From an uncultured Atopobiaceae bacterium (lineage in GTDB: Bacteria > Actinomycetota > Coriobacteriia > Coriobacteriales > Atopobiaceae), in contig CAJOKK010000002.1 of NCBI GenBank assembly GCA_905235165.1, forward strand, positions 13,100 through 46,795: DNA of 33,696 nucleotides, read 5' to 3'. The first letter of the stretch is position 1. The number at the start of each line of letters is the position of its first letter. Shown here in pieces: positions 24,505 through 33,696 of this stretch. A program made the position numbers and the translations under genes. Under the pieces are notes generated by a model. It made no database searches and was not told where the DNA came from. It saw nothing but the letters and a program-made list of their open reading frames with translations.

Positions 24505-26601
24505 CTATTTCTTGCGAGAAAGCGCGCCGATATCGGCGACATCGCCGAATACCGCCACGAACCTGTTGAGCAGGCGCAAACGGTTCTCGCGCAGACGCTC
24601 GTTCTCGTCCATGACCAGGACGTCCTCAAAGAAGCGATCGATTGGGGTCCTCAAGTCGGCGAGGGCCGCGGTGGCAGAGGCGTAGTCGCGAGCGAGAAGG
24701 GCCTCCTGGACCCGTTTGGCACCGTCAGAGCAGGCGTCGAGCAGGGATTGCTCGGCATCACCCAGCAGGGACTCATCGATCTCGGTGCCCAGCTCGGCAT
24801 CGGCAAGGTGCGCGGCGCGGGCATGAGCGGTCGCGAGGTCCTCAAAGAGCTCGCGGGCATTGTTGCGGGCGTCCTCAAGGGCGTGAGCACGCGAGAGGAA
24901 CTCGACCGGGTCGATGACCTGGACGGCCTGAACGGCCTCGATGGTGTCGGGCGAGACGGCCTCGTCGCGGGCGATAGCCACGAGACGGCCGGCGAAGAAG
25001 AGGGCGACCTTGGCGGCGACCTCGTTACGGTCGAACTCGATGCCCTGCTCAGCGAAGGAGTCGAGCGCGCGGGCGATGAGGGAGCGCAGGCTGACCGACG
25101 GCATGGTGCGCAGCATGGCGATCACGCCGATGGCGGAGCGGCGCACGGCGAAGGGGTCGGCAGAGCCCGTGGGAGGCTCGTCGATGGCGAACATGCCGCA
25201 GATGGTGTCGAGCTTGTCGGCCACGGCAACGGCCTTGCCCACCAGGGAGGAAGGCAGCTCATCGCCGGCAAAGCGGGGACGATAGTGCTCGGAGATGGCC
25301 TCGGCCACGACGTCCTTCTCGCCCTGGGCCTTGGCATAGTAGCCGCCCATGACGCCCTGCTGGCTGGTGAACTCGACGACCGCCTGGGAGACAAGGTCAG
25401 CCTTAGCCAGGTGCGCGGCGCGGGCAGCGTCTTCGGCCACGGCAGCGTCGTCGCTCGCCTCGAGGGCGACCTCACGAGCCAGGACCTCCATACGCTCGGA
25501 CTTCTGCAGGACGGTGCCGAGCTTCTTCTGGAAGACGACCTGCGACAGGCGCTCGCGGAAGGCGTCGAGGCCGACCTTGAGGTCCTCGTCGTAGAAGAAC
25601 TTGGCGTCGTCCAGGCGCGGGCGCACGACGCGCTCGTTGCCGGCGCGCACGGTGTCGCTCACCGCAGGGTCGGCGTTGGAGACGATGACGAACTCACGGG
25701 TCAGCGAGCCATCAGCGGCATAGATCGGGAAGTAGCGCTGGTGCTTGAGCATGGCCTCGACGATGATCTCGTGCGGAACGGCAAGGAACTCCTCGTCGAA
25801 GGTGCCCACGATGACGGTCGGCCACTCGCAGAGGTTCACGACCTCGTCGAAGACGGCCTTGGGCGTGTCGACGCGCGCACCGCCGCGCTCAGACTCGATG
25901 CGGGCGATCTCGGCGCGAATGGTCTCGGCACGACGCTGCTCGCCCATGACGAAGGCCTTCTCGAGCACGCCCTCGTAGGAAGCCGGGTCGGCCACGACGT
26001 GCTCGCCCGCGCCCAGCACGCGATGGCCGCGCGTGGTGTTGGAGCTCTTGACGTCGGCATAGGAAACCGGGATGACCTCACTGCCGAGCAGGGCGCAGAT
26101 CCAGCGGATGGGACGCACGAAGGTCTGGTGCTCGCTACCCCAGCGCTGGCTGCGGTAGTTGGGCCACTGGATGTTGGCGATGGTCTGCTCGCTCAGGGTG
26201 GAGAGCAGCTCGACGGCGCTCACCGAGGCCTGCTCGCGCTCGGCGAAGACGTACTCGTTGCCGTCGGTGTCAACGCGACGGACCAGGGCGTCTGCCGTGG
26301 TGCCGTTCTTGCGGGCGAAGCCCTCGGCAGCCTTGGTGGGGTTGCCGTCGGCATCGAAGGCGATGGCGCACTTGGGGCCGCGGACGACCTCGTGCACCTC
26401 CTCGGTCGCGGTGGCGCAGTCGCTCACGATCACCGCAAGGCGCCTCGGGCTGGAGAGGGTGCGCAGCTCGCCGTGGGCAAGGCCGGCCTCGTCGAGGCCC
26501 TTGGCGACGAGCTTGCCCAGCTGCTCCTGGGCCTTCATGAGCGGCGCGGAGGGCATCTCCTCGCAGCCGATCTCGAGCAGGAAATCACGGGTATCTGCCA
26601 T
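24505..26601 (-). CDS. glyS: Glycine--tRNA ligase beta subunit
   Basis: Trimmed to the ATG at 26599-26601 (MADTRDFLLEIGCEEMPSAPL), the canonical GlyS N-terminus. The ATG is 1 nt after the glyQ stop. Confidence 0.95.
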   Translation of the reverse strand: MADTRDFLLEIGCEEMPSAPLMKAQEQLGKLVAKGLDEAGLAHGELRTLSSPRRLAVIVSDCATATEEVHEVVRGPKCAIAFDADGNPTKAAEGFARKNGTTADALVRRVDTDGNEYVFAEREQASVSAVELLSTLSEQTIANIQWPNYRSQRWGSEHQTFVRPIRWICALLGSEVIPVSYADVKSSNTTRGHRVLGAGEHVVADPASYEGVLEKAFVMGEQRRAETIRAEIARIESERGGARVDTPKAVFDEVVNLCEWPTVIVGTFDEEFLAVPHEIIVEAMLKHQRYFPIYAADGSLTREFVIVSNADPAVSDTVRAGNERVVRPRLDDAKFFYDEDLKVGLDAFRERLSQVVFQKKLGTVLQKSERMEVLAREVALEASDDAAVAEDAARAAHLAKADLVSQAVVEFTSQQGVMGGYYAKAQGEKDVVAEAISEHYRPRFAGDELPSSLVGKAVAVADKLDTICGMFAIDEPPTGSADPFAVRRSAIGVIAMLRTMPSVSLRSLIARALDSFAEQGIEFDRNEVAAKVALFFAGRLVAIARDEAVSPDTIEAVQAVQVIDPVEFLSRAHALEDARNNARELFEDLATAHARAAHLADAELGTEIDESLLGDAEQSLLDACSDGAKRVQEALLARDYASATAALADLRTPIDRFFEDVLVMDENERLRENRLRLLNRFVAVFGDVADIGALSRKK

Positions 26602-26602
26602 C

Positions 26603-27514
26603 TTAGGCCACCTCCTGGGAAGCGTCGGCGCCCTTGGAGGCGACGAGCTCGAGGTAGGCCTCGCAGCAAGCCTTGGCCACCGTGCGGACGCGAAGGATGT
26701 AGTTGGCGCGCTCGGTTGCCGAAATGGCACCGCGAGCGTCGAGGATGTTGAAGGCGTGGCTGCACTTCATCACGCAGTCGTAGGCAGGAAGCGGCAGCTT
26801 GGCCTCGAGGCAGCTCGCGCACTCGGCCTCATACTCGTCGAACTTGCGACGCATGAGCTCGATGTCGGCGACCTCGAAGTTGTAGCAGCTGAACTCGTAC
26901 TCGTTCTCGTGGAAGACGTCGCCGTAGGTCATGGGCGTGCCGTCGGGCAGGTAGGACCACACGAGGTCATAGACGGAGTCCACGCCCTGGATGTACATGG
27001 CGATGCGCTCCAGGCCATAGGTGATCTCCACCGGCACGGGATCGACCTCGATGCCGCCCACCTGCTGGAAGTAGGTGTACTGGGTGACTTCCATGCCGTC
27101 CAGCCAGACCTCCCAACCAAGGCCCCAGGCGCCGAGCGTCGGGCTCTCCCAGTCGTCCTCAACAAAGCGGACGTCATGCTTGGCGGGATCGAGGCCGATG
27201 GCCTTGAGCGAGCCGAGGTAGAGGTCCTGCGAGTCGGCCGGGCAGGGCTTGAGGATGACCTGGAACTGGTAGTAGTGCTGCATGCGGTTGGGATTCTCGC
27301 CATAGCGGCCGTCGGCCGGACGGCGGCAAGGCTGCGGATAGCAGGTACGCCAAGCGGCGGGACCAAGGCTGCGCAGGGTCGTGGCAGTATGGAAGGTACC
27401 GGCACCAACCTCGCTGTCGTAGGGCTGCATCACGGTGCAGCCATGCTCTGCCCAGTAGTTGGTCAGAGTCAAGATCATGTCCTGAAATGTCAACGTGTTA
27501 CCTGCGGTATCCAC
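26603..27514 (-). CDS. glyQ: Glycine--tRNA ligase alpha subunit
   Basis: Contains [19 protein letters not shown] and [14 protein letters not shown]. The preferred start is the GTG at 27512-27514, 5 nt after gaggagg. The ORF track start (TTG at 27535) is the alternative. Confidence 0.93.
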   Translation of the reverse strand: MDTAGNTLTFQDMILTLTNYWAEHGCTVMQPYDSEVGAGTFHTATTLRSLGPAAWRTCYPQPCRRPADGRYGENPNRMQHYYQFQVILKPCPADSQDLYLGSLKAIGLDPAKHDVRFVEDDWESPTLGAWGLGWEVWLDGMEVTQYTYFQQVGGIEVDPVPVEITYGLERIAMYIQGVDSVYDLVWSYLPDGTPMTYGDVFHENEYEFSCYNFEVADIELMRRKFDEYEAECASCLEAKLPLPAYDCVMKCSHAFNILDARGAISATERANYILRVRTVAKACCEAYLELVASKGADASQEVA

Positions 27515-27538
27515 GCTTCCCTCCTCACTTCTCAAACG

Positions 27539-28207
27539 TTAGTAGGTAGGACGCTCAAAGACGTGAGCGTCGGAGAATGGCCAGAAGACAAAGAGCGCAC
27601 GGGCGGAGACGGTGTCGACGTCCACCGCACCGAAATAGCGCGAGTCAGACGAGTTGGTGCGGTTGTCGCCCATCACCCAGACGTGACCCTTGGGAACCTG
27701 ATAGGGGTAGGCGATAGGGCCCTCCAGGAAAGGTGCGTGGGTAGGCAGCGGATCGGAGGGCTTGTCGAGCACGTAGGGCTCGTCGAGCTCCTTGCCGTCA
27801 ACCACGACGTGACCGTCAACCAGATCGACCGTCTGTCCCTCGGTGGCGATGACGCGCTTGATGAGGATGACGTTCGGGTCGGTCGGGTCGGTGAAGGTAA
27901 CGACCTCGCCCACCATCGGGGAGCGCATGTAGTAGGTGATCTTCTCGCCGATCAGACGATCGTTCAGCTGGATCGTCTCGAGCATGGAGCCCGTCGGAAC
28001 CTGATAGGTGTCGGCTACGAAGATGCGAATCAAAACAACGACACCCACGGTAATGGCGCAGGTGAGAAGCAGGTCGAGCCAAGCCGGCATACCCTTCTTC
28101 TCCTCCTCAGGCTGAGGGTCCTGGGGCGCAAGCCCCTCCTGCTGCACGGAAACCTGGGCCAGCTCCTGCGCTTCCGCAGGCTGATCCTGCTTGAAATGGT
28201 TGGCCAT
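27539..28207 (-). CDS. lepB: Signal peptidase I
   Basis: One TM helix, then the catalytic boxes PTGSMLETI, KRVIA and GDNRTNSSDSR. The ATG at 28205-28207 is 2 nt after the trmD stop. Confidence 0.92.
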   Translation of the reverse strand: MANHFKQDQPAEAQELAQVSVQQEGLAPQDPQPEEEKKGMPAWLDLLLTCAITVGVVVLIRIFVADTYQVPTGSMLETIQLNDRLIGEKITYYMRSPMVGEVVTFTDPTDPNVILIKRVIATEGQTVDLVDGHVVVDGKELDEPYVLDKPSDPLPTHAPFLEGPIAYPYQVPKGHVWVMGDNRTNSSDSRYFGAVDVDTVSARALFVFWPFSDAHVFERPTY

Positions 28208-28209
28208 GC

Positions 28210-28959
28210 TCACATACCTCCCTGGGTCTCGCTGTCTTGCACGATGTCATCGACGAAGGCGCGCTCCCCCTCGGAGAGCTCGAGCTTGTCGAGAAGATCA
28301 GGCCGAAGGCGTGCCGTGCGCTCGAGCGAGCTCTCGCGACGCCAGCGCGCGATGGCGCCATGGTCGCCCGAGAGCAGCACCGGGGGAACGCAGCGACCAC
28401 GAAAGTCGGCTGGCCTTGTGTACTGCTCGTACTCTAGCAGTCCGTCGGAAAACGACTCGTCTTGGGCACTCTGCTCATCGCCGAGCGCACCAGGAAGCAG
28501 GCGAACAACGGCATCGCTCACCACCATGGCGGCAAGCTCGCCTCCCGTCAGCACATAGTCTCCCAGGCTGATGACCTCGTCGGCCAGCTCGTAGCAGCGC
28601 TCGTCCATGCCCTCATAGCGACCACAGACGAAGAGCAGTCGCTCATAGCCGGCAAGGCGCTCGGCCTCGGCCTGGCAGAAGGGCGTACCCACCGGCGAGA
28701 AGAACACCACGTGGGGCTTGACGTCGCCTCGCGCGGCAAGGTCCTCAACCGCCTCAAAGATGGGCTCGGGCTTCATGAGCATGCCCTGGCCTCCGCCAAA
28801 GGGCGCGTCATCGACGGTGCGATGGCGATCATGCGTCCAGTCGCGCAGGTCATGGACGGACAGGTCAAAGATGCCCGCCTTGCGGGCGCGACCCATGATG
28901 GACGCGTCAAAGTAGGGCTCGAAGACCTGCGGGATGACGCTCACGATGTCGATCTGCAT
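28210..28959 (-). CDS. trmD: tRNA (guanine37-N1)-methyltransferase
   Basis: Trimmed to the ATG at 28957-28959 (MQIDIVSVIPQVFEPYF). Contains GRYEGMDER and LTGGELAAMV. The ATG is 1 nt after the rimM stop. Confidence 0.95.
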   Translation of the reverse strand: MQIDIVSVIPQVFEPYFDASIMGRARKAGIFDLSVHDLRDWTHDRHRTVDDAPFGGGQGMLMKPEPIFEAVEDLAARGDVKPHVVFFSPVGTPFCQAEAERLAGYERLLFVCGRYEGMDERCYELADEVISLGDYVLTGGELAAMVVSDAVVRLLPGALGDEQSAQDESFSDGLLEYEQYTRPADFRGRCVPPVLLSGDHGAIARWRRESSLERTARLRPDLLDKLELSEGERAFVDDIVQDSETQGGM

Positions 28960-28960
28960 G

Positions 28961-29476
28961 CTAGTCACCCTCCACGAGGCCGCGCGGCAGGTCAACCAGA
29001 ATCGGCTCGCCCTCCTCGAGGGAGAGGATCATCTCGTCAACGACGGGCACCAGGACCTCGCCATACTGCCCGCGCACGACCCAGACGTCGTTGGCGACGC
29101 CGAGCATGACCTCCTCGATGACACCAAGCGCACCGCGTGTCTCGTCGGTGACCTCGCGGCCCACGAGATGCGTCACGTCATGCAGAGCAAAGCCCTCAGG
29201 AAGCTCAGACTCGGCAACCAGCAGGGTCTTGCCCACCAGCTCGCGGGCGGCGTCGATGGTCTTGATGCCCTCGAGCGCCACGAGCTGGCCAGACGGCCCA
29301 TCGGAGCATGACGAAACCCGGTACGCGCGCGGCCCCTTGAGGGCCGGCGGCACCGGATGGACGTGCATGCCTACGTCCAAGACGAGAGCGAGGCCGTGAA
29401 CGGGAACCGTCACGACCTCACCCCTCCTCCCGTGTGACTTCGCCACACGGGCTATGGCTCTATAACGCTCGCGCAC
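28961..29476 (-). CDS. rimM: 16S rRNA processing protein RimM
   Basis: Contains IARVAKSHGRRGEVVV-type N-terminal beta-barrel and C-terminal PRC-barrel patterns. It is positioned between the KH protein and trmD. The GTG start at 29474-29476 is taken from the ORF track, and the start is uncertain. Confidence 0.85.
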   Translation of the reverse strand: MRERYRAIARVAKSHGRRGEVVTVPVHGLALVLDVGMHVHPVPPALKGPRAYRVSSCSDGPSGQLVALEGIKTIDAARELVGKTLLVAESELPEGFALHDVTHLVGREVTDETRGALGVIEEVMLGVANDVWVVRGQYGEVLVPVVDEMILSLEEGEPILVDLPRGLVEGD

Positions 29477-29484
29477 CGATGCAC

Positions 29485-29763
29485 CTAGCCCAGAACCTCA
29501 ACCCTAACCGGGGTGCCCACACGGGAACCCAGGGCGCGGGCAAGAGTACGGATGGCCTTGATCGTGCGGCCATGACGGCCAATGATACGACCAGCGTCGT
29601 CTGCAGCGCAGCTTACCTCGATAAGAGCTCCGTCTGCACCATCGGTCACATCGAGAGAGACCGACTCCTCGTCTTGCACGAGGCCACAGACGATGTACTC
29701 AACCAGGTCGGCGACCGCATCGGACGGCATCTCCTCGACGGCGTCGTCGATTTGGTCAGCCAC
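29485..29763 (-). CDS. KH domain RNA-binding protein (UPF0109/YlqC-like)
   Basis: Contains the GRIIGRHGRTIKAIRTLA KH motif. The GTG start is 3 nt after the rpsP stop. The position between rpsP and rimM is conserved. Confidence 0.9.
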   Translation of the reverse strand: MADQIDDAVEEMPSDAVADLVEYIVCGLVQDEESVSLDVTDGADGALIEVSCAADDAGRIIGRHGRTIKAIRTLARALGSRVGTPVRVEVLG

Positions 29764-29766
29764 GGG

Positions 29767-30120
29767 CTACTCTTCCTCGGCAGCAGCCTCAGCAGCAGCC
29801 TCGGCGGCAGCCTCAGCAGCGGCAGCGGCCTTGGCAGCCTGCTTCTTGGAAAGCTTCTGCTTCTTCTCGGGAGCGGGAGCACCCTCACGGACGATGTCGA
29901 TGAGGTGAGAGACGGCGTTGGACGGCTGGGCGCCCTTAGCGATCCACTCGTCGATCTTCTCGAGATCGAGCTCAATGGTCTTGGGGGTGGTCAGCGGGTT
30001 GTAGCGACCAACCAGCTCGATGAAGCGACCATCGCGACGGGCGCGGCCGTCAGCGACGACAACGCGGTAGTACGGACGCTTCTTGGCACCGTGACGGGCC
30101 AGGCGAATCTTGACTGCCAA
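29767..30120 (-). CDS. rpsP: 30S ribosomal protein S16 with an Ala/Glu-rich C-terminal tail
   Basis: (M)[23 protein letters not shown] begins at the TTG at 30118-30120, 6 nt after ggaggag. The 34 upstream codons in the ORF track are not S16-like. Confidence 0.93.
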   Translation of the reverse strand: MAVKIRLARHGAKKRPYYRVVVADGRARRDGRFIELVGRYNPLTTPKTIELDLEKIDEWIAKGAQPSNAVSHLIDIVREGAPAPEKKQKLSKKQAAKAAAAAEAAAEAAAEAAAEEE

Positions 30121-30194
30121 TGAAAACTCCTCCAAACAGGCGGCGCACGTGGTAGATAAGGTAGGCTGCGCCGCAAGCCATACAGCAGCTAACA

Positions 30195-30222
30195 ATGATA
30201 CGACACCAAAGCGACTACGCAA
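30195..30222 (-). promoter_or_regulatory. Candidate promoter of the rpsP operon
   Basis: The minus strand reads TTGCGT, a 16-nt spacer, then TATCAT. This gives a leader of about 68 nt. Confidence 0.4.
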
Positions 30223-30366
30223 GGTGCAGTTTTTGTGAACAGACTCGAAAGGTGCCGCGCGCAGGGGCGATTTCAGCGCCGTTTAAGCCTTCGCTGTTAC
30301 GATTCGAGTAGTTTCAGATATCTTAACGGCCATACGGGGCCGTGGGTCGCGGGAGGAGCTATCCAC

Positions 30367-31053
<687 letters not shown>

Positions 31054-31063
31054 CAACCGCAAC

Positions 31064-32344
31064 ATGATCTCCGAGCTTCGCTGGAAGTTCGTCGCCATCT
31101 CGATGGCGCTCACCGGCATCGTGCTCGTGGGCGTGCTCGGCTCGACGCTCATCACCACCTGGAACACGCAGCAAGACATCATCCGGGAGTCGCTCGAGCG
31201 CGGCCTTCACGACGACATGGGCAACCTCCCGCAGGTGGGCGGTCCGCGCGACAAGTTCCGCGAGGGTAACGGTGGGGACTCCCACCTGCTCACCCTGGCC
31301 GTAGACGTCTCGTCCGACGGCGTGATCATCGAGACGAGCCGCTCCCCCATCGCCATCAACTCCTCCGTCTTGACCGAGGTCGTGAACACGGCCCTCGACT
31401 CGGAGCAGGACTACGGCCGGCTCAATGACCTCCATATTGCCTGGAAGCGGCAGGACAAGTACACGTCCTATACGGAAGAGACCCTCCTCAGCTCCGAAAC
31501 TACCACGGAAGCCACGACCCGCATCGCCATCGTAGACACGACGGCGCTCGACAGCGCCTTTGCCGAGCAGGTGAATAACGACCTCGTGATCGTGGCCGTG
31601 GCACTTGCGGCACTCTTCGCCATCTCCTGGGGCCTCGCCTCCTGGGCGCTGGGACCGGTGGAGGCTGCCTGGGAAGGACAGAAGCGCTTCATTGCCGACG
31701 CCTCGCACGAGCTCAAGACGCCGCTTGCGGTGATCGTGGCCAACACCGACATCCTCCTGGCCGACGAAGGCCTTGGCGAGGAGAGCCGCCGTTGGGTCAA
31801 GAGCACGGCCGACGAGGCGGCCAACATGCGCACGCTCGTGAACGACCTTCTCGAGCTCGCGCGCACCGACGAAGGCGCCGGCTCCAAGACGATGCAGCAC
31901 GTAGACGTAGACCTGTCAGACCTCGTTGACTCCGCGGTCCTGGAGTTTGATGCCGTGGCCTTTGAGAACGGCTGCCAAATCGAGGCGTCGATCGATGAGA
32001 ACGTGCATGTTGAGGGAGACCCGGAATGGCTCGCCCGTCTCAGCAAGATCTTGATGGACAACGCCTGCAAGTACGCAGCCGTGGGGACGACGATTGAGGT
32101 CTCGCTCACCCGACCGCTGGGACACCCAACCCTAAGCGTCACCAACCAGGGAAAGCCCATTGACGAAGAAGACCTCCCCCACCTCTTTGACCGCTTCTAT
32201 CGCTCCGACAAGGCGCGCGACCGCGAGACGGGCGGCTTTGGCTTGGGGCTGGCCATCGCAAAGGGCATCGCCGAGTCGCACGGAGGAACCATCACCGCTA
32301 CGAGCTCAGCCGAGGAGGGCACCCGCTTCACGGTGACCCTGTAG
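31064..32344 (+). CDS. Sensor histidine kinase (two TM helices, HisKA + HATPase_c)
   Basis: H-box ASHELKTPLAVI, N-box MDNACKY and G-box GGFGLGLAIAKGIAESHGG are present. The start is ambiguous between the ATG at 31064 (chosen) and the TTG at 31034, which overlaps the regulator gene. Confidence 0.88.
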   Translation: MISELRWKFVAISMALTGIVLVGVLGSTLITTWNTQQDIIRESLERGLHDDMGNLPQVGGPRDKFREGNGGDSHLLTLAVDVSSDGVIIETSRSPIAINSSVLTEVVNTALDSEQDYGRLNDLHIAWKRQDKYTSYTEETLLSSETTTEATTRIAIVDTTALDSAFAEQVNNDLVIVAVALAALFAISWGLASWALGPVEAAWEGQKRFIADASHELKTPLAVIVANTDILLADEGLGEESRRWVKSTADEAANMRTLVNDLLELARTDEGAGSKTMQHVDVDLSDLVDSAVLEFDAVAFENGCQIEASIDENVHVEGDPEWLARLSKILMDNACKYAAVGTTIEVSLTRPLGHPTLSVTNQGKPIDEEDLPHLFDRFYRSDKARDRETGGFGLGLAIAKGIAESHGGTITATSSAEEGTRFTVTL

Positions 32345-32383
32345 GGAGCGGGCTCAGGTGAGGCCGCGTGAGGGCGCGGTCGT

Positions 32384-32389
32384 TATACT
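32384..32389 (+). promoter_or_regulatory. -10 box TATACT placed 7 nt before the dinB ATG (leaderless candidate)
   Basis: Sequence is cgTTATACTtgaaagcATG. The geometry is the same as at 5244-5259, and there is no SD. Confidence 0.4.
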
Positions 32390-32396
32390 TGAAAGC

Positions 32397-33638
32397 ATGG
32401 ACAGGCAAGAACGCGACAAAGACTCGATGGGCATCGGCTGGCAGGGACCGGCCATCGGCCTCATGGACCTCGACGCCTTCTTTGCCTCGGTTGAGCAGCT
32501 CGACCACCCCGAATGGCGCGGCAAGCCCGTCATCGTGGGCGGTGACGTAGAGCGGCGAGGGGTCGTCTCCACCGCCTCCTATGAGGCGAGGACCTACGGC
32601 GTACACTCGGCCATGCCCTCCTACCAGGCCAAGCGCCTCTGCCCCAACGCCATTTGGACGCGAGGCCACTACGCGCGTTACCAGGAGATGTCTCGCCGCG
32701 TAATGGCCATCGTGGCCGACGAGACGCCGCTTCTTGAGCAAGTCTCCATCGACGAAGCCTTCTTTGACGTGACACCCGGGCGATATTCTCGCGAGAGCCC
32801 CATCGACATCTGCCGCCGCATCCAGGCGCGCGTCTGCGAACTGGGCATCACCTGCTCCATCGGCCTCGGGGTGAACAAGACCGTGGCCAAGATCGCCTCA
32901 GAGCGCGAGAAGCCACGCGGCCTGACCGTGGTGCTTCCCGGCATGGAGGCGTCCTTTCTCGCGCCGCTGCCCGTCAAGGCCATGAGCGGCATCGGCTCTG
33001 CAACGGAGGCACGCCTCACGGAGCTGGGCATTCGTACCTTGGGCCAACTCGCGACGCAAGACCCGCAGGTCATGGAGAGGCGCTTTGGCGTGTTTGGGCC
33101 TCGCATGGTCGAGCGCGCTGCAGGACGCGAGCACAGCCTCGTTCGGGCGATTGACGATACCGAGGAGGCCAAGTCGGTCTCCAACGAGCGAACCTTTGCA
33201 CACGACCTCACGAGCGCCGACGAGCTGCGAGCCGCCGTGCGGCATGTGAGCGGCCTGGTGGGCACACGCCTTCGTGCCAAGGGACTGACCGGCACGCAGG
33301 TCACGCTCAAGCTCAAGATGGACATCCACCACACGCACACGGCGCAGCGTCGGCTTGCGCACCCAACCGACGACGAGCATGTCTTTGGCGAGGCGGCGCT
33401 CGGGCTTCTTGACGGCCTTTGGAATGAGGGAACGCCCGTGCGTCTGGTGGGCGTTGGCGTGAGCGGCTTTAACGATACGGGCGGCGAGCAGCTGGCGCTC
33501 TTCTCCGAGGATGCTACCGAGAGTGACCCCCTTGCGGAGAAGGACCTGCGAAAGCTCTCCGTGGCCGCTGACCAAGTGCGTGAGCGCTTTGGCAAAGACG
33601 CACTCTCCTACGGACACGACCTGCGCTTCCGTGAATGA
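32397..33638 (+). CDS. dinB: DNA polymerase IV (Y-family)
   Basis: Contains LMDLDAFFASVEQL, VGG....RGVVSTASYEAR.YGV and SIDEAFFDVT. The start is the ATG at 32397 (leaderless model) or the ATG at 32427. Confidence 0.92.
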   Translation: MDRQERDKDSMGIGWQGPAIGLMDLDAFFASVEQLDHPEWRGKPVIVGGDVERRGVVSTASYEARTYGVHSAMPSYQAKRLCPNAIWTRGHYARYQEMSRRVMAIVADETPLLEQVSIDEAFFDVTPGRYSRESPIDICRRIQARVCELGITCSIGLGVNKTVAKIASEREKPRGLTVVLPGMEASFLAPLPVKAMSGIGSATEARLTELGIRTLGQLATQDPQVMERRFGVFGPRMVERAAGREHSLVRAIDDTEEAKSVSNERTFAHDLTSADELRAAVRHVSGLVGTRLRAKGLTGTQVTLKLKMDIHHTHTAQRRLAHPTDDEHVFGEAALGLLDGLWNEGTPVRLVGVGVSGFNDTGGEQLALFSEDATESDPLAEKDLRKLSVAADQVRERFGKDALSYGHDLRFRE

Positions 33639-33696
33639 GTCAGTTACCGTAGACCTTTTTGACTCATTTCACTTTTGATGCCGGACGGGCTGGGGG

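Noticed and set aside
27515-27538. A T-box or other riboswitch leader for glyQS.
   Set aside because: Only about 24-45 nt separate the lepB stop from the glyQ start, and most of that is the SD. No specifier or T-box sequence is possible here.
33634-33666. A hairpin, atgagtc...gactcat, just after dinB as a terminator.
   Set aside because: The stem is only 7 bp, the loop is long (about 19 nt), and the T-run is weak and interrupted. That is too weak to call with the window ending 30 nt later.

Overview
High-GC Gram-positive chromosomal segment. Gene order and the anaerobe-type gene content fit Actinomycetota/Coriobacteriia, but that assignment is inference only. I call 32 CDS. From about 10.4 to 30.2 kb the minus strand is a conserved housekeeping backbone: rpsP, KH protein, rimM, trmD, lepB, glyQ, glyS, a PDRP N-domain ORF, ppdK, dgt-like, rplS, rnhB, yraN, comM, dprA, trmFO, xerC, rpsB, tsf. 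The left end has divergent dapL/dapF. It is followed by a roughly 7.3 kb accessory block: DUF2252, HdeD-like, YihY/BrkB, MarR, ferredoxin-nitroreductase, a TAT lipoprotein, a small HTH-like protein and an SDR. The right end has an OmpR-type two-component pair and dinB. I recognise no rRNA, tRNA, CRISPR array, transposase, prophage, toxin-antitoxin or defence genes. I found no convincing novel multi-gene protein system and do not want to invent one. The unexplained signals are mostly non-coding: (1) a roughly 245-nt near-perfect palindromic element with a second diverged copy 7.3 kb away that carries compensatory stem substitutions, the two copies bracketing the accessory block; (2) an AT-rich 108-bp core flanked by 29-bp inverted repeats between rplS and rnhB; (3) a tandem pair of 47-49 nt repeats upstream of the dgt-like gene; (4) a stand-alone N-terminal half of the PPDK regulatory protein, followed by a ppdK leader with three mutually complementary GGTAAT/ATTACC segments; (5) two likely leaderless mRNAs with identical -10-to-ATG geometry. 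CDS ends follow the supplied ORF track, with starts re-chosen by me. Coordinates of small non-coding features were hand-counted and may be off by about 3 nt.
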